Shown: positions 9,001 to 20,342, counted from the stretch's first letter. The stretch: 64,000 bases of DNA from Camelus dromedarius (GCF_036321535.1 NC_087459.1:29884001-29948000); one strand, 5' to 3'. Program-made: numbers and translations. The notes: generated from the sequence alone by a model not told the origin.

Positions 9001-12000
9001 GCTACTGTATTGCTTAGTGGAAACTTGGTCAACGTCACAGGGTTCCATCAGCATTTAAGAGGTACCGGAAGCCCCTGAAGGGGTGCGTGTGTCCAGGGAG
9101 ATGGATGGGAGTGAGGGAAATGAGCTGAGGGGGGCTTTCGGCCCCTCCTGCCTTCGGCATCATCTCTTTCACCCGGATGTGCACTGCCACAGGCTGGACA
9201 TTCTCTAGCCTCCAGCCCTCCAGAAGTCTCATCTGCAAAGGAAAATTACAAATGACAGGAAAATAGTTACCAAGACATATGGTACTGCTATTGACAAGAG
9301 TGAAGGATGCTGGGAATTAAGACAGACCTGCCTGAGGGATCCTCATGCAAATACTGAAGTTCCCACCAGCGGGACTGCCGACATGCTTTTGATGTGTTGC
9401 CGTGTGGAATAAAGTAATTCAGAATTGTGTGCAGAGTGTGATTATGACTAAATTAAAAACTTCCGTGCATGAAAAAGAACCAGGAGGACAGCAGTGTGAC
9501 AGCAGCTGTTGTGTTTGGGAGGCAGGGGACACTTCTCATATTCTTTATGTATGTGTATTACTTTCATGATGGAAACAAACCTTATTTTTAAACCCTTACT
9601 TTGTTAATATGACAAAATCTGCAGCAGTCTAAAGCAATTGAAGAATAAATGACTTAGGAGAATTCCTGTGATACAGAATGGAAGGAAACAACAATGGAAT
9701 ATATAATTTCAGAGTAAGAGCATAATTTTTAAAAAAAATAGTAGGAAATGCCCAAGTGTGGTAACAGTGGTTCTATTGATTATTCCATTTTTAAAAAAAA
9801 TTTTATACTTTACTTTCAGATAAATACAGTTAGTCTTCCCTTCAGTGAGTGGGTCAGGAGAGGAGTGTTATTTAAAAGGCCTCTTATCTGGCTTCTATTC
9901 CATGTGCTCCAGGCCCTGGTCTCTGCCTGCAGCCCGTGAGATGGGTTCCTGGGTTGCCTGGAAGGGCTGTATTCCTAGTATTTCAGTTCAAGTTCCCCGA
10001 GGAGTTGACTCAGCTGGAATCACAAAACTCCAGCGCTGGCCCTGCCAGGAATCTTGGGGTTCACCCAGAGCAGTGCAGTTGAATAGAACTTTCTGGGACA
10101 ATGAAGATCTCCTGTATCTACACTGTCTGCTCTGGTGATCCTCAGCTGCACGTGGCTGTTGAGCCCTTGAAATGCAGCTACAGCGACTGAGTCAGTGGGT
10201 TTTAAGTTTGTTTCTTTTAAATCGAAGTTTAAGTAGCCACGTGTGGCTAGTGGCTACCCTGTTGGGCAGAGCAGCTGAAGCACCTCTCACTTTATAGATT
10301 TAGAAACAGAGACCAAGAGAGAAGGACGCTTGGCTTGGATCCCAGTGAACCTCCTCCCCGAGGCTTGTTCTACCACCATCAAGGCGTTAGGCCTCTAGTC
10401 CGGACTCAGCTTTGTGTTTCAAATTGGAATTTTGTTTGACCTGGAAAGATTAGTCCAAAAGAGGTGGCTGATGAGGGCTATTTCTGGGCAGCAGCGACAG
10501 TGGTGCCACCTGTGATGTGCCTTGGCAGTCACTTCAGAGCTAAGAAGCCCGAGCAGGTCAGCATACACGTGCTCTGTTCGGTCCCGCTCGGCTGGCATGG
10601 GAAGAAAATGTAAATTGCGGACACTGGAAAGAGCATGTGTTTGCAGTCGGTCAGACCTGGGTTTGAATCCCAACTTGACAGTGAACTAATTGTTAATTTT
10701 TTGTTTTGGCAGGAAGTAATTAGGCTTATTTATTTACTTAAGTATTTTAATGGAGGGACTGGGGATTGAACCCAGGACCTCGGTGCATGCTAAGCATGCA
10801 CTCTGCCTCTGAGCTACACCCTCCCCCGACAATGAACTAATTGTGTGACCCTTGGGTGGGTCACTTGAGCTGCCTGGGCCCCAGTTTCTCCACCTGTAAA
10901 AGAGAATAGTAGAAACCAGTACAGAGGGTGACAGTGGGGCTCCTTGCCACGCCCCCTCCTGAAACGTAGCCTCTTTCTGGGCTCCTAGACCTGTATGAAC
11001 TCCGCCTCACCGCTGATGGTCCCGCCACCACCGGGGCAGAGGTGACCATCACGGCCAGCCTGGTGGCTGACGACAATGGCAGCCTGGTCCTGCCCGCCAG
11101 CGCCCACCTCTACCGCTTCCACTGGCTCCACACCCCACTGCTGCTCACGGGAAAGACAGACGAGGCATTCAGCTCCACCATCCGCGCCGTGGGGAACACG
11201 GCCGGGGACTTCCCTGTCTCCGTCTGGGTCACCACTGCCGACTGCTGGATGTGCCAGCCCGTGGCCAGGAGCCTCTTCGTCCTCCCCATCACAGGTGAGG
11301 AACTTCCCTGCTTGCTGATTTGCCTTCAGACCCTTGGCACTGAGAAAACATCCAGTCTGGCTAATAACTGCATAAATGCAGATTTGACTCATGGTTCCTT
11401 TGCTGCTATCAGTCAAGGTAACAAAGGAGCAGAAAAAATGGTAATACCCACTGCTGGCAGGGTTGTGCTGAAATGGACACTTTCTGGGGCTATAAATGAA
11501 TACAACCGTTTGGAGAACCACTGATTGATACATATTGATGGTTATAAACTATTTCAGTCTTTGGCCCATTCTTTCTCATTCTCTCTCTTTCTCTCTCTTT
11601 CTTTCCCTCTCCCCACTCCGTTCCTTTCTCCCTCCCACCTTCCCCACCCTTCTTTTTCCAAGAACTCCCTGCTTTCTTGGTATTTACAACCTATTAGACA
11701 ATTTATCTTTGGGAAATAAACCTCCCTTTGGGTAATGGTTTATGCACAAAGATGTTCATCGCAGTTTTTATAACAGAAGAAAACAGGACTAAGCTAAGTA
11801 TGCAACTCTAAAGGGACTGGTTAAGTATATTGATATAATTTGCATAATGAATAATAATGACCTTTACAAAGTGTGTGTTACAGCCTGAGGGAATTTAAAA
11901 ACTCCAAACTCAAAATTCTATAACCTACTTGATCAGCTGTGTTTAATGTATGTGCCCCTTAAACATGTGCTCATAGATACTTTGCAGTTCTTCAGAACAT

Positions 12001-15000
12001 CAACCATGGTTGTGTTTTGAGTGATAGGCAGTTTCTTCTGTTTTCATTCCATTTTTTATCCATTTCCAAATGAGCTTTATTGAACACACCTTACTTTCTG
12101 CTTTTGTGGTGAAAAAAAAAAATCAGCTCTTAATTTCTTTTTTTTTAAGAGAAGGAGGCACAGAACAGTCTTCCTCGCCCAGCCCAGCACACTGGGTGTG
12201 GAGATGCGATCAGGAGAAATGCTCATTTTTCTAGGCTCATCTCATACTTTGAAGTATTTCCTAAGAGTGGCTTTCAAAGCCCGTGCATTTCCTTCTGGCT
12301 GGCTCTGGGCATCCTTTGTGCCAGAGAGTTCAGGGTCCTGTGAGAGGGGTACAAGAGAGGAACTATGTGTGTAGCACAGGCCGTGGGTCTTTATCGTGGG
12401 TATGCAGCAGGGGCAATGCTTTTTGGGGGGGCATATGCCTCTACGTTCAGGGACCTGCGGGGGTCCTCTCTTGCGGCTGTCCTGACAGCGGGCAGGTGAG
12501 ATCACTCCTCCACCTCGGAGGACTCACGCTCCCTTGGTCTCTCTCTCCCAGAGTTCCTCGTGGGGAACCTCCTCGTCACCCAGAACACCTCCCTGCCCTG
12601 GCCCAGCTCCTACCTCACCAAGACAGTCCTTAAAGTTTCCTTCCTCCTCCACGACCCCAGCAACTTCTTCAAGGCCGCCTCGTTTCTCTACAGCTGGGAC
12701 TTTGGAGACGGGTATGTCCTTATCCCACTGATGCCCCAAAGCCTTGGTCCATGGCTGGTGGGCCTGTCATCCCACACGGAGTGCTCTGTACTCTCCCACC
12801 TTCACCCGCCCACTCTCCCTCACCCCAAACATGCCTTGAGCACCTGTGCCGAGCTTGAGGTGCATGAGGACCAGTGTGAGTCAGGCTTGGGACTTGCCTT
12901 CAAGGTGCTTGCACCCTAGCAGAGAGGGTCACTGGAGCCCAGTGACCTTTAAGGCAGGTCAAGGTGGGTAGAATCTTTCTCCCTTTGACTCTGGAGGGAC
13001 CTGGCCAGCCGAACGCACGTGTGACAATGCGTGCTTGGCAGAGTTCAGGCGTCTGGCCTCATTTCTCCTTATTCCTCCTCTCTGAGCAAGCCAGCAGGGG
13101 CTGCAGGTCGGGGAGTGGCGGTCGGTCAGGCTTACCTGGAAATGGGAAAGATTCTGCGTGAAGAGAGCGACAGAGCTACAGAGAAGTGGCAAAGCTTTGA
13201 GTAAATGAGTATGGACACCATGTCCAGGGGTCATAAAGATGTCAATTTCCTCCCAATTATGCTGTAAATTTAATGCAAATCCAGTAAAAATTCCAGTACG
13301 AATAATATTTGGAATGTGACAAAGATTCTACAAGTCATCTAAATTTTGTGTATAAATTATAATTTTATACATATATACACAAACATAAACCTACCCATAA
13401 TGTATATACATACATATATATGTGTATATTGTTATAAAACTGTATATAACCATAAACCATACATACGTAACCATATATAGCTATCAAACATATACACATA
13501 ACCATGTATAACCATGTTATATATGTGTATATAATTACGTTTTATGTATATGTAGTTTTATAACATAAAGATCATCTGTCTCAAGCGAGGGGACAGTCTC
13601 CTTACTGATCAGCAGCATTTATTTTCATGTTAAAGACTATTCACTGTCTCTATTGCAATTGGACATGTTTGACTAGCCAACGAAATACAGCTATTGTAAA
13701 GGAGGGGACAAGAATCATCATATACGCAGAACAGTACTGTTTGCCTGGAAAACACAAGAGACTCAACTGAAAAACCTTAGAACTAAAAAGAGATATTAGT
13801 AACATGGCTGGTTACAGAACAAAGACTCCTGGTTTCTCCATATAATGGCAATCAAAAAAACCTTTCATAATAGCTATAAAACATAAAAACTGAGAGAATA
13901 AAGTTAGCCTAAAATTGTAGGATTTATATGAATAAAACCACAAGTTGTACTGAGAACCTTAAAAAGACTTTTAAAAATGAAGAAAGAATTTCTCGATATT
14001 GTCAGAAAAAAAAGAAATGATGAAAAAAGCAGAATGATGATGAACGGGGATGGGAAAAGGGTCTAGAAATTCATACATAAATGTATTTTAAAAGCTACAA
14101 ATAATTTCAGCAAGAAAAGGTAGCTCAATGGAAGAGAATAGAAAAAGCAGAAACAAACCTAAGTTTATATACACATGTAATATATAATATCAGTGGTATC
14201 TCCAGCCAGTGAATAAAGATAGATTATTTAATAAACAGTACTGGGATAGTTGGTTAACTGGGGAAAAATCTGATCCCTAACAGAACAATCTGATCCCTAA
14301 CAAAAGCTATTCCAGATAGATCTAAAATAGCAAACGTAATGAACCAGGACTAGATTGAAATGTAGATGATCACCTGCAACTGAATAGTCGGGCAGTGAGG
14401 AAGGCATTTCAAAGAATAAAAATAAAATGCAGAAACTATGAAGGAAAAAATGCCAAATTTGGCATCATCAGATTTAAAATTTGAGTATGAAAGAAGTAAA
14501 TCAAACCAAAATATAAAGGTTAGACTGGAAGAAAATATTTGGAAGATACAGAATAGGTAAAGGTCAGATAAACTTCATGTATAAAGAGCATCAGCAAATC
14601 AACAAGAATACTTTATTCCTACTAGACTTCCTTTTGAAGAGATTCAGGTAATTGTAGGGAAGAAGCGTATTACACACTTAATATGTTATATAGTAACCTG
14701 TGATGGAGGTCTAATTCTTCCTGTTTTACAGATGAGAAAAGTAAGCCAGAGTGATGTAGATAGGAAATCTAGAGCTGAGATTCAAGGCCCGTTGTGTCTT
14801 AACTCCAAAGTTTATACTTCTCCCCTCCCCAGATCTTCCCTGTCTAACATGTAGCCTTTCCCGTGTTCCTGGCTGGGGGGAGCCGAGCACTTCCTGGCAG
14901 GTCACAGGGACCTGTTGCCAGGAGTTCTCCCACCTGTAACTTACGCGTACAAAGATGACCAGCAGCCACTCTACCCAGGCCCAGCTGACCTCGTGCCCTG

Positions 15001-18000
15001 GCCGGCTCTGGGGACTGCTGCCCTGATGATATTTTTGCTCCCGTGGCATTGGTAGCTGACTGTACAGCTACCCCTGACTCTAAGAAGCCACATGAGTCAC
15101 TTCTGTCATCTCTGTCCTCCCTTTCACCTTACAGCACCCAGATGGTAACAGAAGATGCTACAGTCTATTATAACTATTCCATCATTGGATCCTTCACTGT
15201 GAAGGTCAAGGTGGTGGCGGAGTGGGAGCAGGCAACGCTGGATGCTGGGAAAAGGATCGTGCAGAAGACAGGCGACTTTTCGGCCTCGCTGAAGCTGCAG
15301 GGTGGGTCTCTGGAGGTTGGTGTGGGTTGGGCGTTTGGCCCCTCGGGGAACCCTGGGTACCGCTCCTTCCAGGGCTGGGTCACACACAGACCAGAGGGGC
15401 TCCAGTGGGGCACTGGGATGAGCTCAGATGCACAGCCTCTCTTCTGTTCCCCTGGAAGCCCCCTGATTGGTCTGTCATTACCCAGTTTCTAAGAGGGCAC
15501 TGAAGACCACAGAGGAAGTCAGGTGGCCACCAAGTGGCAGAGATGGGATTTGAACCCAGAGCCAGAGCCAGTGTCTGGGCCCTGTGCTGTGAGTTGGTGC
15601 ATCCCCATCACTCCTTGTTCCCTGGCTACCTCGGCCGCCAGTCAAGGACCATCCTGTTGGGGCTGGGATGGCCTCCGTCTGCTGCACAGGGAGGGGACAC
15701 CCTGACCCACCTCTCCTGGCTTTGGTGAGAGGGGTGCGGGGGTAGCTACAGCAGGCTTCTCGGTTGTGCTGCAGTGTGTGATAATGGGGTGCTGCTTCCC
15801 CTCACTCCCACGCAGCACAGATGACGGGGGATGAGGGGGCTATCCTGAGCCAGCCCCCCGGCTCCTGCATGCCAGAGCCCTGCTGCTTCCTCACTCTGAG
15901 CGGCTCCAGCACCTGCTCCTGACAGGAAGGCATGCCCTGAATGTGACCTGTGACCTGCCCTTGGGGAGAAGCAGGAGGAGGACAGGGTGGCGGTCACACA
16001 GCCTCGGGGCCCCGGGAACCCTGAGACAGCTGTCGTCAGCCACCAGGTATAACAAGGTCTTCTCTGCCTTTCAGAAACCCTTCAAGGCATCCAAGTCTCG
16101 GGACCCACCTTAATTCAGACCTTCCAAAAGATGATCGTGACCTTGAACTTCCTGGGGAGGTAAGTGAAGCCCAGAGTACACTGTGCGTGGCCTATGGTCC
16201 CGCCCACACCCCCCATTAGAGGCTTCTGACCTTGCTCCATCCCTGAGGGGCCCCAGGTTGGGGAGCCCACAGAGGGATGGGACCACCCTTGACCATGCCA
16301 TGGAAGAGTCATGGGCATGGCTTCATTCCCAGGGTCCGGGGGAGGGAGCTGGCCTTGGGCTGTCTGCCATGTGGGCATTGAGGCAAAGGCAGGTGAGGGA
16401 CCTCTCCTGTGAAGAGCCTTCCATATGTAACCTGGCCAGCCCCGTGGAAAGCAAGCCGTCTCGGGTGGGGCCTGTCCCTGCTCCTGCCAAGACCACCATT
16501 AGTCTGAGTTTGTGGTAACTGATAAGACACAGAGATGCTGGTGTGTTCTCCCTACAAGGGAGCCTCTCTCTGGGGCCACTGGGATGGATGGAGCTGCAGA
16601 AAAACTGTGGTCAGGGCCCAGCCCTCAAGGACTCTAGTGGAAAGGACCAACCCCACTCAATCCTCTGACATGGGGACACGTCAGAAGGAACCAAAGCTAG
16701 ACCAGGAGGGGACAGAGTGGCCAAGGAAGAGGAAGACGAGCCAAAGGGCTGGAGATGGCTTCTGAAGCTTTCAGGGGGCTTTGGATGCAAGAGCTTAGTA
16801 CCCGGAGAGCGGGTGGAAAGCCACTGTGTTTGGCAGACCTGGATGCTGAGTGGGCGTTTTACTGTGGTCTGGGGTTGTGTAACACAGGAATGCTCGCTTG
16901 GAACTCCTTAGATGGACCTGCGTTTTCCAGATTCTGAGCCTATGCTGTAGCAGATGGATAACCCCTTCAAACCCATCTAAAGCTTACTTATCCTTTCAGA
17001 CCCTACTCAAATGCCACCTCCTCCAGGAAGCCCTCCCTGACTCCTCATTAAGAACATGTTCACCCGTCCCCTGTGCTTCCACAGCACACCATGTGTGTCA
17101 CTGGAGCACTCGTTCTGCCTCGTCCAGCAGTCTGTGCATGTTCCTGTTTGCTTCACTGGCCTGGCGTCCCCTTGGGGTCCAGGGCCATCTTTTGGGTCCC
17201 ATTGTGGTCTGCAGTCTGGAGGGTGTGAAGCAGAGGCCAGAGCAGCTGGGTGTTCTGTCCTGGAAAGGACACTGAAGTTCATGACCGCCTGGCCTTTCTT
17301 GGACTTGGTCTGTACTCACACTCCTTGCCGAGCCATTTCTGAAACAAAACACCCCCGTTTCCCTGCAGCCCCCCTCTGAACGTGTGCTGGCGCCTCAAGC
17401 CCGAGTGCCTCCCGCTGGAGGAAGGGGAGTGCCACCCGGTGTCAGTGGACAGCACGGCTTACAACCTGACCCACATCTTCAGGGATCCTGGCGACTACTG
17501 CTTCAGCATCCGGGCCGAGAACGCCATCAGCAAGACGCATCAGTACCACAAGATCCAGGTGTGGCCCTCCAGTAAGTGACTCTTGCCTCTGCTCCCCACA
17601 AAGGCAGCAAAAGCCAGTCAGCCCTGCCACCACCACCAGCGTGCTGCCACCGGCCACCTCTACCGATGACCTCAACACCCGACCCCACCAGCGCTAGCAC
17701 CATCACTAACCCTACGGGCCCCAACCCACACCACTGTCTGACCACCCACGGCACCACCCCCAAACTGCTGGTGCCATCAACAACCGGCTCTCGCGCCCCA
17801 GCACCTGCACCCCTCAGCTCCCCCAGCACCACCCTCAACACCAGCACCACTAGCAGTAACAGCAGCCAACTTAACTACTGCCAGCCAACCTGCCCTGCAC
17901 CGTCGCCACCATCGCCACCTGCTACAGACAGACACTCCAGCGCCTTCAAGAGCCAGAGACAGCGTTGACGTTGCTACCACCTTACCACCAGCAGCACGGC

Positions 18001-20342
18001 TGTTAACACCCCTGCCACCAGCCCCTGCACCAACCATTCGGGCCAATGCCATCCATGCTGTGCTGCCCCAGCGGCGTCCCAGCTTCAGCTCTCTTGTTGC
18101 CATCATCCTGTCAGTGTCCCTTCCACATTACCACTGCCACACTTGTCCTCGCACTAAATGAGCCATCACCCCCACCCATCCCTCCATCTCGGCACTGTTG
18201 CTGCTACCACTAAAACAAGCGTCTCCTATGGTGACTGAGCTGGACTCACAGGGCTGCTGTGAGTCTCTCGGGGAGTGTGAGCTGCTCAGAAATTGCGCAG
18301 TAAGGCCCCTCATTCATCAGGTGCTCAGCTGTCACCCCCAGAATTCCCTTCCCCAGACCATCGTGAGGTGCTGCCACCGGCTTACAGCCATGGGATTGGC
18401 TGATGACAGCGTTAGGTCCTACCCTTCATTTCCTGGGGAGGCCCCTTCTGTGACCCCAGAAAAGGGCTTTCTTATGTAGAGGAGGAAACAGAGTCTCAGT
18501 ACCCTAAGGGATGGTCTTTTCAGGTGCCCAGTCAGGTCCCACCCTATACAGAACAAAAGGGGAAACCCTGCCAGCTGCCCTTGTCCCCAGGGTGGCTGTG
18601 TAAGTACACCAGGTACGTCACTGTCACCTCCAGTCTCCCCAGTCCATCTGAGCCCTTGGGCAGATGTCACATTCCTCTCTGGGCCCTGGCTGACCCTGTG
18701 GGCCAGGCAGACTCTGTGACCTGCAGGCGTCACCGGGGGCCTTGGGCCTGGCCTCCCCCAGCACCTCCTGGGCACTGAGGGCCTGGGATCCCCCTGCAAT
18801 TCCTTGGAGAGGACAGCACAACAGGTAATCAAGGCTGCCTTTCCTTGGGAAACAGGTCCTCATGGTGTGTGGTGGCGCCTCTAGCAGGAGGGTGGGGGAA
18901 GAGGGAGAAGGAACCGCACTTGCTGATCACCTGCCTTGCACCTGGCGCCTTCTCTCCCCTCATCTGCACACACCCCTGTGGCAGCCTCGTGGATCAGTGT
19001 TACCCTCAGGTCACCTGGTCAGAGCCAGGATTTGAACCCAGGACTCTAATCCAGACACTGAGCTCTTCCTGCCCTGCCATGTGGCTTCTTGGCCACAGGA
19101 TCAGGAAGTGAGCCCAGAGCTGGCAGAAGCTGGAAAGCTGTGACAGGTCACAGGGCTGCGTGGGTGTCCTCACAGCTTGGCTCCCTTCCCCCGCGCGGGG
19201 CACCCACGAGGAGGCAGCTGCTAGGTCTTTCACGGCCTAGATTAGGAAGTCGTACGTCCTCACTCTGGCCTGTGCATTCATTAGGAACAAGGCACCGTAA
19301 GTCCAGCCTACACTTGGGGTGAGGAATTTTGTTGCATCTCTTGAGAGTTGCTATCAAGTAAAACTTTAAAACCCCTCACACCCCAACTTGGTTTTTGCCA
19401 AATCCTTTATCTACCTATTGGGTTTCCTGGTTAGGATGCATGTACACAAGGGAAAAAAAGCTCTGGTGAACTGAGTGTTGTCTCCCCTGTGCCGCCGCCT
19501 CTGGAGAGCTAGCATTCAGCACCAACTACCCAGGCTCGTGACTTCACCCTCTCTCACTCCCAGGCATCCAGCCAGCTGTCTTCGCTTTCCCTTGTGCCAC
19601 GCTTATCACCATGATGCTGGCCTTCATCATGTACATGACCCTGCGGAATGCCGCTCATCAGAAGGACATGGTGGAGGTGGGTGTTTTGTGGGGTGGGGGC
19701 TGGACTCCTGGTCCCTGACAGGACAGGATCTGTGGCGAGGGCACAGGGGCTGGGCCAGAGGTCCTGGAGGTGGTCTGGATGTCAGAGCAAGGCCCTGGGG
19801 CGGGGGTGATGTGCCCGAGAGGCATCTGTAAATGGGGCTCGATTGTTGACTTGGCTGCTTCCTACACAACTTACCTCCTTCTGTGCTCGCTCCCTGCCGG
19901 GCAGCCGTGCCCATGAAGGTGAGGGAGAGGGCTACCTTCAATACTCTCCCTACAAAAGAGGGAGAGGCCCCAGGAGCGGAAAAGCCAAAGGCACAGGGAG
20001 GCGCTTTGCGGCGCCGGAACAACGTTTCTGTGCACGCTGCTGCCGGGCAGCTGAGCTCGTAAGGCCACCTCGCCGGGCACCTGAGCCTGGGAGTGCACCT
20101 GACGAGGCTCCTGGTGGGCGGGTGATTGACCCGTGGGGTTTTGTTTACCATAGGTGGCTGATTTTGACTTTTCCCCCATGTCTGACAAGAACCCGGAGCC
20201 ACCCACTGGGGTCAGGTGCTGCTGCCAGATGTGCTGCGGGCCCTTCATGCTGGAGACGCCCTCTGAGTACCTGGAAGTCGTCAGAGAGAACCATGGGTTG
20301 CTGCCCCCACTCTACAAATCTGTCAAAACATACACAGTGTGA
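5355..20342 (+). CDS. TMEM130: Transmembrane protein 130, whole spliced CDS: join(5355-5439,10989-11294,12552-12711,15135-15301,16075-16159,17369-17571,19564-19676,20154-20342), 435 aa
   Basis: Exon lengths 85+306+160+167+85+203+113+189=1308 nt; all junctions GT-AG and in phase. Translation [35 protein letters not shown]...WDFGDG...[24 protein letters not shown]...RCCCQMCC...[10 protein letters not shown] matches the TMEM130 family (signal peptide, PKD domain, type I TM). Confidence 0.97.
6144..6163. repeat. Poly(A)20 mononucleotide run in intron 1
   Basis: Counted directly. Confidence 0.9.
8795..9020 (+). mobile_element. MER3-like (hAT-Charlie) non-autonomous DNA transposon
   Basis: caacagaacttt...ggaaatgttctgtacctg...gcacttgaaatgtggctggtgcag...gaactgaattttt...ttagtggctactgtattg matches the MER3 pattern as recalled. 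Confidence 0.7.
9250..9600 (+). mobile_element. Old L1 3' fragment
   Basis: AT-rich L1M-like 3' end text (ttctcatattctttatgtatgtgtattactttcatgat). Weak recognition. Confidence 0.4.
10065..10277 (+). mobile_element. Second MER3-like element
   Basis: gcagtgcagttgaatagaactttctgggacaatgaagatctcctgtatctacactgtc...agccacgtgtggctagtggctaccctgttgggcagagcag. Confidence 0.75.
10694..10827 (-). mobile_element. tRNA-derived lineage SINE (camelid Vic-1-like) with 17-bp target-site duplication, inserted into a MIR
   Basis: Reverse strand reads ggggagggtgtagctcagaggcagagtgcatgcttagcatgcaccgaggtcctgggttcaatcccc (A/B boxes) with an A-rich/cctaattac tail. TSD gacagtgaactaattgt (10677-10693) vs gacaatgaactaattgt (10828-10844), 16/17 identical. 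Confidence 0.9.
10989..11294 (+). CDS. TMEM130: TMEM130 coding exon 2 (306 nt, phase 1-1)
   Basis: Acceptor ctcctag|AC; encodes (D)[15 protein letters not shown]...[11 protein letters not shown]; donor CAG|GTGAGG at 11295. Confidence 0.96.
11570..11665. repeat. CT-rich low-complexity polypyrimidine tract in intron 2
   Basis: ttctctcattctctctctttctctctctttctttccctctcccc... Confidence 0.7.
12552..12711 (+). CDS. TMEM130: TMEM130 coding exon 3 (start of PKD domain)
   Basis: Acceptor ctctctctcccag|AG; encodes (E)[13 protein letters not shown]...FLYSWDFGD(G); donor CGG|GTATGT at 12712. Confidence 0.96.
13200..14690 (+). mobile_element. Degenerate L1 (L1M) ORF2/3' fragments, with a TA-rich low-complexity insert at ~13340-13570
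   Basis: aaagatgtcaatttcctcccaatt...taaatttaatgcaaatccagtaaaaattcca; gaagatataca; aaatcaacaaga are L1 ORF2-like. A-rich with no intact ORF. Confidence 0.7.
14267..14302. repeat. 16-bp direct repeat with 20-bp period (aatctgatccctaaca x2)
   Basis: 14267-14282 and 14287-14302 are identical. Confidence 0.9.
15135..15301 (+). CDS. TMEM130: TMEM130 coding exon 4
   Basis: Acceptor ctttcaccttacag|C; encodes [30 protein letters not shown]...FSASLKLQ; donor CAGG|GTGGGT at 15302. Confidence 0.96.
16075..16159 (+). CDS. TMEM130: TMEM130 coding exon 5
   Basis: Acceptor tctctgcctttcag|AA; encodes (E)[27 protein letters not shown]; donor GAG|GTAAGT at 16160. Confidence 0.96.
16870..17200 (+). mobile_element. 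L2 LINE fragment
   Basis: cttactt atcctttcagaccctactcaaatgccacctcctccaggaagccctccctgactcc is a typical L2 3' segment. Confidence 0.6.
17369..17571 (+). CDS. TMEM130: TMEM130 coding exon 6
   Basis: Acceptor tttccctgcag|C; encodes [25 protein letters not shown]...[11 protein letters not shown]; donor CCA|GTAAGT at 17572. Confidence 0.96.
17620..18040. repeat. CAC/ACC/CAGCAC-rich low-complexity region in intron 6
   Basis: Dense imperfect caccaccagc / cagcaccac units. Confidence 0.7.
19564..19676 (+). CDS. TMEM130: TMEM130 coding exon 7 (transmembrane helix)
   Basis: Acceptor ctctctcactcccag|GC; encodes [37 protein letters not shown]; donor GAG|GTGGGT at 19677. Confidence 0.96.
20154..20342 (+). 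CDS. TMEM130: TMEM130 last coding exon (cytoplasmic tail); possible alternative acceptor at 20190
   Basis: Acceptor ttttgtttaccatag|GTG; encodes [62 protein letters not shown]; TGA at 20340-20342. Confidence 0.96.
   Translation: MADFDFSPMSDKNPEPPTGVRCCCQMCCGPFMLETPSEYLEVVRENHGLLPPLYKSVKTYTV

Noticed and set aside
15524-15542. CTCF-like TGGCCACCAAGTGGCAGAG in intron 4
   Set aside because: Mismatch at the near-invariant AG core position; other partial matches (29380, 44818, 63478) were also rejected.
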